Assembly (NCBI RefSeq): GCF_036321535.1
Contig: NC_087436.1
Coordinates: 90,522,001-90,586,000 of the forward strand
Length of the DNA: 64,000 nucleotides
Source: Camelus dromedarius
Lineage: Eukaryota
Reading direction: 5' to 3'
Below the pieces are notes generated by a model that saw only the letters and a list, made by a program, of their open reading frames with translations, was not told where the DNA came from and ran no database searches. The first letter of the stretch is position 1; each line of letters opens with the position of its first letter. The position numbers were made by a program, and so were the translations under genes. This document shows, piece after piece, positions 23,640 through 36,049 of the stretch.

Positions 23640-24385
23640 AACTTCAGCTTTGATACATAGGAAACTGGAAGGTCATCAATTTCATATTTATGACAAGAAA
23701 AGGTAAACCAAATCAAATATCAATGAGGTCATAAAACAAACTACCATCTCCCCAGAAGGAAAAACAGACCAGAGAGTCACAGCCAAGAATCTGCTTACCT
23801 GGAACAGAAGCCACTGGAACTATAAACTGATGGGAACAGTTAAATAACTTAGACCAATTGTTAGATGTCTAATATTAACCAGTAGAGAATGAGAAACTCC
23901 TGAGGGCTACAATATTAATCCCCAATCCCCTGCTCACTCCTCTGACTCCTTTATGCCACCAAGTTCTTATGGTAAAGAGCCAAGAAAAATCCCCTCATGG
24001 CCCTGGCCAGGGACAGAGAGATTAGATATTATGAAATACTTCTCCCTAGCATTTCTGTCTTACTATGGGGTGAGATGTTAGGGGGAGGGCAGGACATGGC
24101 ATGGATGTCTAACTCCTTGTGAGGATTTTAGCCCAGATAGACAGCACCACCAAAAATTATATTTAATTATAAAATTATAGAATAGTACTCATCACCCATA
24201 CCTTAGATGTCCAGAATAATGCCAGTGAATACAGCTGAAAGGACTGCAAAACAGAGTCTCTCTGAGGAGCAGTTGTTAAGGAAGCTCAAAATAACAAGAG
24301 AGACAAAGAGAGGAATATGAACTTACATTCTGGCACTTACAGTTATAGCAAACATTAAATACAGCCCAACTCCTAGTTAACACCC
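23640..24385 (+). mobile_element. Old L1 5'-end fragment (L1MC/MD-5'-like)
   Basis: Shares motifs with the 5' region at 36050-36700 (gaaaactc, gaaaaatcccctcatggccctggc, cttactatggg). Confidence 0.5.
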
Positions 24386-26319
24386 ATCCTTCTAAAACTA
24401 TGGAGGGGACACAATTAGTTGGAGGGGACACAATTTAGTCTATAATGGTAGATATCAAGGATTAAACAAGGTAGTTCCCTTGATTGCTTCATCCATACCT
24501 TGTATGGTAAAACTGTTCAAGAATTACAATGCACTAAGAGTGATTAATGTACTCTAATAGATTTGGCAACTGTCTCCTTTTTTCTTTTCCATTCTATAGT
24601 CCACTAAAGCACAATTTGCATTTATTTTCATGGAATGATATTCAATACACATGAGCAACTGATTCAATACTGTGTTTATAAGTTTTGATAATAGCTTCGA
24701 AACTTCTACCTTTCATACTCAAGTGGCATAGTCTTGCCCAATTTTGAAAATCAGTAAATTAAGAATTGTTTTTACTTACCATATGAATTCAGGAAGTCAA
24801 GACAGACTTTCTAATTCTTGCTATCCTCACCCATTTTTTTCCCTCTGAACAAAGAAGATGTCTTATTATGTGCTTTCTACTTGAAAAAGACCAAGTATAC
24901 AAACATTTACAGAAGGAAAAAAAATGCCTTTTCAAAGAATGTAGGCAATTGTGTTGCTTGTCACATGCTTGCGTCTTTTTTATCTCTTTGGTGATAATTT
25001 GAGAAAATAATGGAGTCAGAATACCACATTTTAACTTATCATCTTGTAAGAAACCTAGACAAACAATATTGATTATATAACCCTTAAATAAGTTTCAACA
25101 AAAGCAGAAATAGGTTACTATCCAAAAAGAATACTTTTTGTCCCGAATTATTTTTGAGATCGTTAAGAAATAGAAATATTTTAAAAGTCATGTTTAGTTG
25201 TCAGTAATATTGATTTAACAGGAATTTTACCCTCAATTTATCTCTTGTATGAAAGATTGCACACTTAGGTCTTCTCAGGTAGATTATTCTTAAACATCAG
25301 GATAAGTAAGTGTGATTATAATGTAGCTTCATGTTGCTGGATGAATTAATCCAACTCAATACAAAAACAAATAATAGATCAAATATCATACAGGTTTCCC
25401 TTTTTCCCTTTTACATATGTGTCTATCTCTCTGTATATAGATAGGTATATATGTTGGTTTCTCAGTCTGGAAGGATTTTGATAGTTGTATACAGTTAATA
25501 TAAGATATAAAAAAGGAAATAAAAAATAGATTTTACTGTTGAGAACACTAGCTGTGAGATATCAGAAAACCAACACAATTTCTCTCTCCTCTTCTTTCAT
25601 AGAGTCCTAAGTTTTTCACTAATTATCCTAAATAAGTTTTACATTTCCTCTTTTCTGGTACTGATGACTGCTCTGTTGTGTCATGGAAAACCTTGTAACA
25701 TGACTGCTTATCACCATTTTCTGCCCCAGGAAAGGGTTACTTTACTCTATGCTGTGACTGTTACTCCAAGGCTCCCATGGCCGCTGGACTCCAGTAACTC
25801 CTCCTGATGTTACACAGACATCAGGGAGTTACTAACCTAGGTTATTTTAACTCCTTATACCCAGCCTGTTAGGTTAACTGATGTTAAACTGTTTAATCCC
25901 ATAGTTTTTCTTGTTGCTCTTACTAAATTAAGGGAGAGCCCTCTCCCAATTGTCTTAAACATGTGATCAAACTCCCCTAAAGGATACTTTTTAGTGGGTT
26001 AAATGGTTGCATTATTATGCTATTTTAATGTACTTTAACCTCCTTCATCAAAAAAAAAATGAGATAACTTTCCTCAAAAAATAAGTGGTATTGCATGTCT
26101 TAATGCCCCAACTTATACACCCAAACACAGTCACATAAATACAACACTCATAATCCCAGAAACAGCTCTGGGTAGAACTGTTAATTCTCTCTTACCAAAG
26201 TATATATTAGGAGAGGTTTGTATGAAGTTTTTCCTTCTCAAGTATTCAGTCCAGTGTTTAGACATCTCTCCACTGACAAGGGTACCAAAATGGTTAGAAG
26301 GCATAATTGGGGAGTGATT

Positions 26320-26530
26320 TAATAGCCCAAATTCAGAGGCAGGTCCTCTCCGCAAATCCAGGGTACATTCTTTACTAGCTCTTTGAGGCAGATTCCTTGA
26401 ACCCCATGTGCCTAAGTTTTGTTATCAGAAAACCTGTGTAGTAATACTAAAGGAGTAAAAAGTGGTGACATATAGTATATTTTAAAATATCTGACATAGT
26501 AAGTGTTCAGTAAATACGTTACTTTTATTA
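26320..26530 (+). mobile_element. MIR SINE
   Basis: Core-like tgtgcctaagttttgttatcagaaaa and tail ctgacatagtaagtgttcagtaaatacgttac. Confidence 0.6.
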
Positions 26531-27154
26531 TCTCCAAGGCAAAGTCTTCTGAAACTTGATATTTATCATTTGTTACACAAATTACCAATGGAACCAAAAT
26601 TGTAATTAAATATCCACAGTGAGATCAGCACTCTATTAGGCATCATGAGCCCATAAGAAGATCATAAATTAGCACATGGCACATGCCAGGCTTGGCTTTA
26701 TGAACTTGCCAGGATCAGCTAGAATGGTTTCTTAGAATGAATTCAGCTCGACCATATTGCAACTCCGCAGGCTGCAGCACAGACCTCTGGGCAGGACGTG
26801 TGTGCATCTTCAATGCCAGGAAGATATTCACTCACTTCCTGTATCCTAGACTAAAGCAGAATCACTTTCAGCAGGGAAGATTGATGAAACATTCCTAAGA
26901 TTCACTGTGGAAGAATTTCAGACAGACATAGACATTGACTGCTAGGAAACTCAATCTTTTGGCAGACCAATGGAGCAGGCAATTGCCATTTGGAGCCAAG
27001 AGTTTCAAAGCTGATGAAAGCAGAAACAGAGCCTGCACAATAATAAGTTGTATCAGGCATGACTCTCCAGGGGCCAGTGGATGGATGAACACAACCAATG
27101 TGGACACCACTGAGAGATGCTGCAGGCACAAGGTCATATGGAAAGAATCCCTAT

Positions 27155-27365
27155 TGAACATATTACTACTTACTTGTAATCATGCGGCATGTTATAGTTA
27201 ACAAAACAATTTCCTAACAGTCATCCTAATAGACCCTGATAACAATACTGTGAGGTAGACTGAGAGTTCTCGTTTTGTAAACTGGGAAAGTGAAGCTAAG
27301 AGAGTTCAAGTCAGGTGCACGATCCAAGAGCTACTAAGTAGCCAAGCTATATCAAAGCCAGATTT
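27155..27365 (-). mobile_element. MIR SINE
   Basis: aacaatactgtgaggtag...ttttgtaaactgggaaagtgaagctaagagagttcaagt (antisense MIR core). Confidence 0.7.
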
Positions 27366-27567
27366 TTTAAATTATTCTTAAAATTATTTTTGTTACACCG
27401 ACTTTTATTTCATGTGAGAAAACATCTGTGAATATACCAATAAGAAATGACACAGATAAGGAAATGTAATAAAAGTAAACATTATACAGTATAGAAAAAA
27501 TCAAGGTACCAGGGAAAGTATGATTATTGACAGTGCTTCAGACTGAATCTTTAGGTGTATTCTTCGC

Positions 27568-29264
27568 TTTTTTTTTTTAACATTTTTTATTAATTTATAA
27601 TCATTTTACAATGTTGTGTCAAATTCCAGTGTAGAGCACAATTTTTCAGTTATACATGAACATATATATATTCATTGTCACATTTTTTTCTCTGTGAGCT
27701 ACCATAAGATCTTGTGTATATTTCCCTGTGCTTTACAGTATAATCTTGTTTATCTATTCTACAATTTTGAAATCCCATCTATCCCTTCCCACCTCTGTCC
27801 CCTTGGCAACCACAAGTTTGTATTCTATGTCTATGAGTCTGTTTCTGTTTTGTATTTATGCTTTGTTTGTTTGTTTTTGTTTTTGTTTTTGTTTTATTTA
27901 GATTCCACATATGAGCGATCTCATATGGTATTTTTCTTTCTCTTTCTGGCTTACTTCACTTAGAATGACATTCTCCAGGAGCATCCATGTTGCTGCAAAT
28001 GGCATTATGTTGTCAGTTTTTATGGCTGAGTAGTATTCCATTGTATAAATATACCACCTCTTCTTTATCCAGTCATCTGTTGATGGACATTTAGGCTGTT
28101 TCCATGTCTTGGCTATTGTAAATAGTGCTGCTGTCAACATTGGGGTGCAGGTGTCATTTTGAAGTAGGGTTCCTTCTTGATATATGCCCAGAAGCAGGAT
28201 TCCTGGGTCATATGCTAAGTCTATTCCTAGTCTTTTGAGGAATCTCCATACTGTTTTCCACAGTGGCTGCACCAAACTGCATTCCCACCAGCAGTGTAGG
28301 AGGGTTCCCCTTTCTCACAGCCTCGCCAGTGTTTGTCATTTGTGGATTTTTGAATGATGACCATTCTGACTGGTGTGAGGGATATTGAACATTTTTTTTC
28401 ACGTGCCTATTGATCATTTGTATTTCTTCCTTTGAGAATTGCTTGTTTAGGTCTTTTGCTTATTTTTGGATTGGGTTGTTTGGTTGTTTCTTATTAAGTC
28501 GTATGAGCTGCTTATATATTCTTGAGATCAAGCCTTTGTTGGCTTCATTTGCAAAAATTTTCTCCCATTCCATAGGTTGTCTTTTCGTTTTACTTATGGT
28601 TCCTTTGCTGTGCAGAAGCTTGTAAGTTTAATTAGGTCCCATTTGTTTATTTTTGCTTTTATTTCTATTGCTTGAGTAGACTGTTCTAGGAGAACATTTT
28701 TGAGATGTATGTGAGGTAATGTTTTGCCTATATTTTTTTCTAGGAGGTTTATTGTATCTTGTCTTATGTTTAAGTCTTTGATCCATTTTGAGTTTATTTT
28801 TGTGTATGGTGTAAGGGAGTGTTCAGGCTTCATTGCTTTACATGCTGCTGTCCAGTTTTCCCAACACCATTTGCTGAAGAGACTGTCTTTATTCCATTGT
28901 ATATTCTTGCCTCCTTTGTCGAAGATGAGTTGACCAAAAGTTTGTGGGTTCATTTCTGGGCTCTCTATTCTGTTCCATTGGTCTATATGTCTGTTTTTGT
29001 ACCAATACCATCCTGTCTTGATGACTGTAGCTGTGTAGTATTGTCTGAAGTCTGGGAGAGTTATTCCTCCAGCCTCTTTCTTTCTCTTCAGTAATGCTTT
29101 GGCAATTCTAGGTCTTTGATGGTTCCATATAAATTTTATTATGATTTGTTTTAGTTCTGTGAAATATATCCTGGGTAATTTGATAGAGATTGCATGAAAT
29201 CTGTAGATTGCCTCGGGTAGTGTGACCATTTTAACAATATTGATTCTCCCAATCCAAGAGCATG
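27568..29264 (-). mobile_element. Young lineage-specific L1, 5'-truncated (ORF2 3' third + 3'UTR)
   Basis: ORF 28594-29325 [12 protein letters not shown]...[12 protein letters not shown]...WCWENW and ORF 27898-28275 QPLWKTVW...SLICGI. Poly(T) 27568-27578. Candidate 7-bp TSD tcttcgc (27561-27567) / tcttcac (29265-29271). Confidence 0.95.
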
Positions 29265-30749
29265 TCTTCACGGTCAATGAAAGTATTTTTATTCTAGCAA
29301 ATAAAGGAAATTGATCCACACTCAAAATTTCTCTCCAGGTATCACATAAACAGTATTACTTACCTTTGACAAATTAAATTTTAAGAGTAGTTATTAAGTG
29401 GTAATTAGAATGCTTCAGTAAAATGTACTAAATGGTTCAGTAGAGTTTACCTGTGCAACTTTTACATCTGTCAGTTAATATAAAAAAAATGTTTTTAAGC
29501 CTTTATATGTAATATAGGAATATTTCTTCTCTTGCTTGAGACATCATTTACAGATGCTCTGTGCAAGGTCTTTGGATTACACATGGGGCTGTGTACATAC
29601 CTATAAACCTTCACCGAATTAGAGGAATAGTCCCTAAATTATTCTGTATTGCCGATTCTCCTTGCTTTTAGGATCAAAGTTTGTTTGTTTGTTTAGTAGG
29701 TTTCTGAACTATATAAATTAACCACTGGAAAGAAAAATGACACAATTTTGGTCTTGCTAAGATATACCTTAAAGAAATAAACTTAGTGGGTTAATAGCAT
29801 ATCTTTCCAAGAATCAAAGAGCATTTTTCCTTCTACCACTTCTCAGCGTGGGTAGAGCTACAGCTCATTTAGCAGAATTTTTTTCCTCTCCCCTTGTTCT
29901 GCCTTGTAATAGGACCTTGACTTTCTCCTTTACCTTACAGGACTGCAGTTTACCATTCTGAGAAATGTGAATGACTCTTTTAATGTAAATTTTCACTTTT
30001 AAATATAGATTTACAAATTTAAGCCATCTTTAAAATTTTAGAAAAATAAAATCTACTTTAACACAAATTTTTGATAAATTAAGATTTTAATATAAAGTAA
30101 AATAAATGAATTCACAGTGTACTTCTTCCTGTGTTCTTAACAGCTATGGCATTCCTTATCACTGCAAAACTCTCAAAGGACAGACCTACAGATTCCTAAA
30201 AATCTTTACAAAGCTAAACCTTGAGTGCCTTTGAGTATAAAGTGAATATTTTCTCCATAATATCTCTGTAGAAAGTAACTCTCAGCTTCATTTTTAGCAA
30301 CACCTCCCTATACACTTCATTCTGTGTCACATCCCAGAACCTTGTGTACTTGTGTGTGTCTCTATATAATTGCTACTACTTTGGTTTTAAGGAGTTTTAT
30401 AGCAAAATAATAACTGGTTTTAAATATCTATATAAAATTTTTCATTGTTTTCTTTCCACAAACTATAGAAATAAATACTTTGCACTAACTTTTCCCTCTA
30501 CTAAGTTGTAAGCTCTTATGTTCTGCATATTACTTATATTTTATTCCATTTTATTTTTAAAATTTCCTTGATAACTCAAATTGCTAGATGTACTGACTTG
30601 ACACCAATTGCATTTACTTTACAAATTGATTTATGTAAAATAAGCATCATACTCATCAGTCATCTCACATAGGAATATAGTGCATATCTGACTTTATTAC
30701 AATTTCTTGTGCTCTTAAGGTTTTTAAAATTATCTTTTAACATACGCTC

Positions 30750-31220
30750 TGATACTATTTTGATAGACATTAAAATATGCTCTGGATACTATTTTTCTAA
30801 TAATTCTTTTTAAAGAACTATTCTTATTAAAGTTTATCCCTACATGTTTAAAATTTTATTTTTAGTATGAATAAAATAGGTTTAATTTGTATTAATTTAT
30901 GTTTTCTGATAAGTTTACATATTTGTAGAACAGCTATCAAATTTTGATATTTATTTTTAAAAGCTATCTCATTGTACTCTTAGTTTTATTTATTTCTTTC
31001 ATTGATTTTTCTAAGTAATCCTATTATACACTTATTATTTTGTCCTTCTTCCTTTCCAATAAGTATATATTTAATTTCTCTTTTTCTTTGTTAGAATTTT
31101 CAGAGCAATTTTAAGCAATACCATCAAAAGATGTCACTTTTGTTATATTTGTAACTATAGTAGGAATGTCCACAGGTTTTAATTGTTATGTATAATGTTG
31201 ACAATTGCATAAAAGGTATT
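30750..31220 (-). mobile_element. Very old L1 ORF2 fragment
   Basis: T-rich degenerate antisense ORF2 (tagaattttcagagcaattttaagcaata...tataatgttgacaattg). Confidence 0.45.
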
Positions 31221-31284
31221 TATTCAATCCAAAATATTTAGTTAGTCTCAACTCCTTAACCAGTTACTATGCTGGCTATGTGTG

Positions 31285-31690
31285 ATAGAGTATATTATAG
31301 AAAATAGATCAAAGTATATGGTGGATCAAACAGAATAGAAGTTAATTTCTTCTCATAGTAATAGTGGGTGAGCTTCAAAGTTAGTGGGGTTGTCCTCCTC
31401 AGTGCAGTTACTGAGGGCCCAAAGATGATGGAAAGTTAGCCATCATTCTCATGTTACTTCAGAGTCACCTCAGGTTTAACATATTCCAGCTTGGAAGGGG
31501 ATTAGAACAAGGTGTAGTGGTCATAAAGGTTTTAACGGCTAATTCTTCAAGAGGTGTACCTGTCTTTTCCTCACATTCCATTAGCTATACGTCAGTCACA
31601 AGGTTCACATCTTACTGGAAGGAAGTTAGGATGCCCAGGAAGAATAGAAGAACGCTGACTTGGAGAGAAGTTAGCAGACTCTGCATAGAG
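31285..31690. mobile_element. Old MaLR LTR (MLT1J/K/L-like)
   Basis: atagaagttaatttcttctcatag...cacattccattagct...gtcacaaggttcacatcttactggaaggaag. Confidence 0.55.
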
Positions 31691-32175
31691 GCCAAGGAAG
31701 AGACTTACAGAAGTGATGCTATGTGAATTTGAAGCTAAATCATAAAAGATACAGTTCTGTATTTCTGTTTCTCTCTTGCTTGCTCACTCTCTCTCTTGCT
31801 CTCCCTAGTTCTCCATAGCTCTAAGTCTCTATCATCTCTAGCTCTATTTCTCCCTGGAACCCAGACTCCATGCTAAGAGGAAAGGGCCAGCCCACATAGA
31901 GAGACTGTATATGCTCTGGCTACTAGCTTCAGCTAAGGTCTCAGCGGACTGCCGTTGTCAACTGCTGTACCTGTGACTCAGTGATCTCACATGTGATTCC
32001 TGCCCCCAGCACTCGTGTTCTCCAGCTGAGGTTCTGGACAGAAACAAAGAAAAACTGTCTTTACTGTGTCCTGTTTGACTTCATAAGCCACAGAATCCAT
32101 TAGCATGAGGATTGGTGGTTTTATGCCATAAACTTTTAAGGTAATTTGTTACACAGGCCTCACAACTGGAATACC
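31691..32175 (+). mobile_element. MaLR LTR (MLT1F/G/H-like)
   Basis: ctggaacccagactccatgctaagagg...cacagaatccattagcatg...ggtaatttgttacacag...aactggaatac terminal motif. Confidence 0.7.
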
Positions 32176-32319
32176 AGCAATAAGATAATTGCCCAGTGAT
32201 AATTAAATATCTGCACATATTTTCTTTGAAAATTTTACCTGAATTGTTCACTTATAACTTCTCAAAATTATTGAAATGTTTTATATGAAAATTATTAATT
32301 CCACAACTACTTAATACTT

Positions 32320-32500
32320 TGTGAGCCTATGAAACATCTTGGGCAAGAAGTTCTCTTAGTTTCCACCCTATTCTCACTATACAATGAGTTTATAAACAAA
32401 ACTTTAAAAAGGATTCAATGATATGAGATCTATAAAGAGTTCAGGCCAGTTGACTTGTACATAGTAGGCTTTCAGTGGGAGCTATCATTAATATTATGAA
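32320..32500 (+). mobile_element. MIR SINE fragment
   Basis: cttgggcaag...aggattcaatgatatgagatctataaagag...acatagtaggc...agctatcatt. Confidence 0.6.
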
Positions 32501-33489
32501 ATGGATGATTTTCATCAGCCATATAGACAACTTTAGGATCCTCTCCTGTTAAAGAACTGCATGCCCATGATAATATTCAGACTTCTTCAACACCAACTCC
32601 ATTTAGTGACAATACAGTTTATTTTAATAAAATTTTGAATTTAAAGGGTATCAATTTTAATGTTCTGATCTTTCATGTACTAACACTCTAGCCTTCAGAC
32701 TTAATAAGTCCCTTATTCACAAGAATTTTTTACTGGCATTGCTCCCACATATGTTAAAAGATAAAATTATGTTTACCTGGTATATGTTTGAAAGAAGAAA
32801 AAACAGAAGTTCAAACAAGTCTCAAAGAGATATAGAATGACACTCAGAAGATAAGTTATTAGATTTAACTTTAGGTCTCAGTCAGTAAAATGCTAAAAGA
32901 CAAACTTTGCAGCTAAGAATTTTCTTGGCAAATGGCAAGATGTCAAATATCAGACCATTCCAATGTCAGGAAGCAAGCAGAAACAGCCTGCTTTCTCTTA
33001 GTATATGGCTAATTCCACATGGTACAGGCTGAATAATAATTGAGAATACAATAATCCTCTGATTATGATGACCTCTCTCAAAATCTTTTATAGAACATTT
33101 TTTAAATCACTTCCACCTGTACAAAAGCCATTGGTTGAACAAAATATTTTCCTGTAGACTTTATACTCCCAGCTCAGTGTGTAGAATTAAAATGCAATTG
33201 AAACCTATGAAATCAAAATAAATGAGATGGAGTTTGAATTTGATGAGAAGAAAAGTTCAGAGGATTCCCTACACAATGAAGTAAACATTCGGTAAATTAA
33301 AACACTCAAAATTGAAAAAAGAGAAATTTTCTCAAAGATGGAACTAAAATACATGTGACCAAACAAGACAGTAGCTAAAATTAACATTATAAACTTCCAC
33401 TTAATGTAGTAGCTACACATTTACAATATAGTAGTAAATGTCTTTCCTAGGACTCAAGAGTTACTAATCAATCATTCCATTGTTCTTTT

Positions 33490-35350
33490 TTTTTTCTTTT
33501 TTCCCATTTTTGGAATATAATTAACATACAATGAGCAGTACATATTAAAAGTGCTTTATCAATTTGATAAAAGTGATGTATGTGCACACCAGTGAAATCA
33601 TGACTGCAATCCATGTAGAGAACATATCCATCACCCCAGGAGTTTCCTCAGGTACCTTTGTAATCAGTTACTTTCCCCTTTCACATGTGCTTTCCACAGC
33701 CTGGGTTCTCCAACATACGCTGATGTACCTTCCATCACTATAGATTAGTTTGACTTCCCTAGATTTTTACATAAACAATCTTATAGTATGTACTCTGTTT
33801 AAAATCTGGCTTCTTATACTCGGCATAACCATCTTGAGTTTCACCAATGTTCTTGAATATCAGTAGTCCATTTCTTATTGCTGAGTAGTACTACATTATA
33901 TCAATATTCCTGAATTTATGAATTCAGTTACCCGTTGATCCTTAGGGTTGTTTCTAATTTTTAGATATTGCAAAGAAAGTTGTCATGGACAATCATGTAC
34001 GTGTCTTTGTATACCCAGATGCTTTCATATACTTCAGGTAAATAACTAGAAGTAGAATGGCAAGATCATATATTAGGAGTATATTTAACTTTTTAAGGAA
34101 CTATCCTGCTGTTTCACAATTTAATTGTACTATTTTACATTGACACCAGAAATGTATGAAAGTTTTAGTTCCTACACATCTTGACTAGCACTTAGAATGG
34201 CTAGTCATTCTAATAGGTGTGTAGTGGTATCTCACTCCAGTTTTAATTGCATTTCCCTAATTACTTATGATATTGAACATTTTTAATATGCTTATTTATC
34301 ATGCTTATGTTTTCTTGGGTTAACTGTCACTTCAAAAATTTTTAATGGAGGTCGTGTGTTTACTTGATGTATGAGAAGTCCATATATTCTGGATAATCGA
34401 GTCCAAGTTTGATCTTCTTTTACAAACTGTTCAGTATTCTGCATTCTTTCCCATATGAATTTTACAATCATCTTGTAAATTTCTGTAACAGACAGTTGCT
34501 GGAATTTTAGTTGGGCTTTGTTGAACCTATAGATCAAATGGAGAGAATTAATATTTTAGAAATTTGAGTCTTTCAACCCATGAATATGGTATATTTCCCA
34601 ATTTGTTAAACATCTTTTTAAATTTCTCTCTTACATGATTTTTTGCTTTCAGTATGTATGCCTTGCACATTCTTTTGTCAATTTTATTCCCAAGCATTTC
34701 ATATTTTGATACTGTAGTCAATGGTATTTTTATATCTTTTATATTATTACTGATTTTCTGCCTATCACTCTATTATTTATTAGCAAACAGGAATTGAAAT
34801 CACTGACTGTAATTGTGAATTAGTATATTTCTTTATGAAGTTCTGTCAGTTTTTACTTCAAGTATCTTACCTTTAGTTTCCTAGACATTTAGGGTTATTT
34901 TGTCCTATTTAAGGTTGACCTTTTTTCATTATTAAATGGCTTTCTTTGTCCCTGGTATTGTCCTTTGCTTCCAAGTCTACTTTGTTCAGTGCTAATATAT
35001 TCTTTTGAATAGCATTAGCATTATATATAGTTATCCATCCTTTTACTTTAAACTGTTTTATTCTTTATATTTGAAGTTAGTTTTTATAGACACTTCATAG
35101 TTAGGTCATACTTCTTTTATGCAGTCTGAATATCTCTACCTTTTCCTTGTTGCGTATAGACTACCCATATGTAATGCAATTATTGGTTCAGTTAATTATC
35201 ATTGTTTTGTATTTGTTTTCTATTTTTCCCATCTCTTCTTTGTTTCTTCTTTTTTCTTTTTCTATCATTTTTGTATTTTTTTATATTTTAGATCTCTTTT
35301 GCTTGTTTATCAGCTATAACTCTTTGTTTTGTTATTTTAGTGGTTACTTT
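33490..35350 (-). mobile_element. Old L1 (L1MC/ME-like) 3'UTR and discontinuous ORF2 pieces
   Basis: Poly(T) start, agaacatatccatcacccc, ttgctgagtagta, gtagtggtatctcact; minus ORF IYRFNKAQ...IVKFIW. Confidence 0.75.
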
Positions 35351-35394
35351 AGAGTTTGAAGTAGAGTGATTCACCAATAAGAGATACTTTCACA

Positions 35395-35986
35395 TATATA
35401 TAGAAAACAGCATAGCAGTTTCTCTCAAAATTAAGAATGGAATTAACATATGATCCAACAGTTCTTCTTTGGGATATATGCCCCAAAGAATGAAAAGCAG
35501 GGGCTTGAGCAGGTACTTGTACACCTGTGTTCATAGCAGCATTATTCATAGTAGCCAAAACATGGAAGCAGTTAATGGATGAATGGGTAAATAAAATGTG
35601 TATATACATACAAAAAATATTATTCAACCTTACAAAGGAAGAAAATTCTGACATGTACTGCAACATAGATGAAACTTAAGGACATTGTGCAGTCAAACAA
35701 GTCAGTCACAAAAGATAAATGCTATGTGATTCAACTTATATGAAGTAGTTAAATTCATAGAGACAGAAAATACAATGGTGATTGCTAAGGGTTGGAGAAG
35801 GGGAGAATGGGAGTTATTTAATAGGCACAGAATTTCAGTGTTGCAAGATGAAAAAAGTTTTGTGGATGGTTGGTCATAACAGTAACGACACAACAATGTG
35901 AATGTACCTGTTGCCATGGAGCTGGATACCTAAATATTGTTAAGATGGCAAATGTTATATGTATTTTATCAAAATGAAAAAAAAAA
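35395..35986 (+). mobile_element. L1MB-like ORF2 end + 3'UTR
   Basis: acatatgatccaacagttc...gttcatagcagcattattc...tttcagtgttgcaagatgaaaaaagtt; A tail at ~35977-35986. Confidence 0.8.
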
Positions 35987-36049
35987 GCCAGTGAGGCAGA
36001 TTTGGGTTATAGGCGTATATGCCTGATACAGAGGAATAGTTGGACTAAT

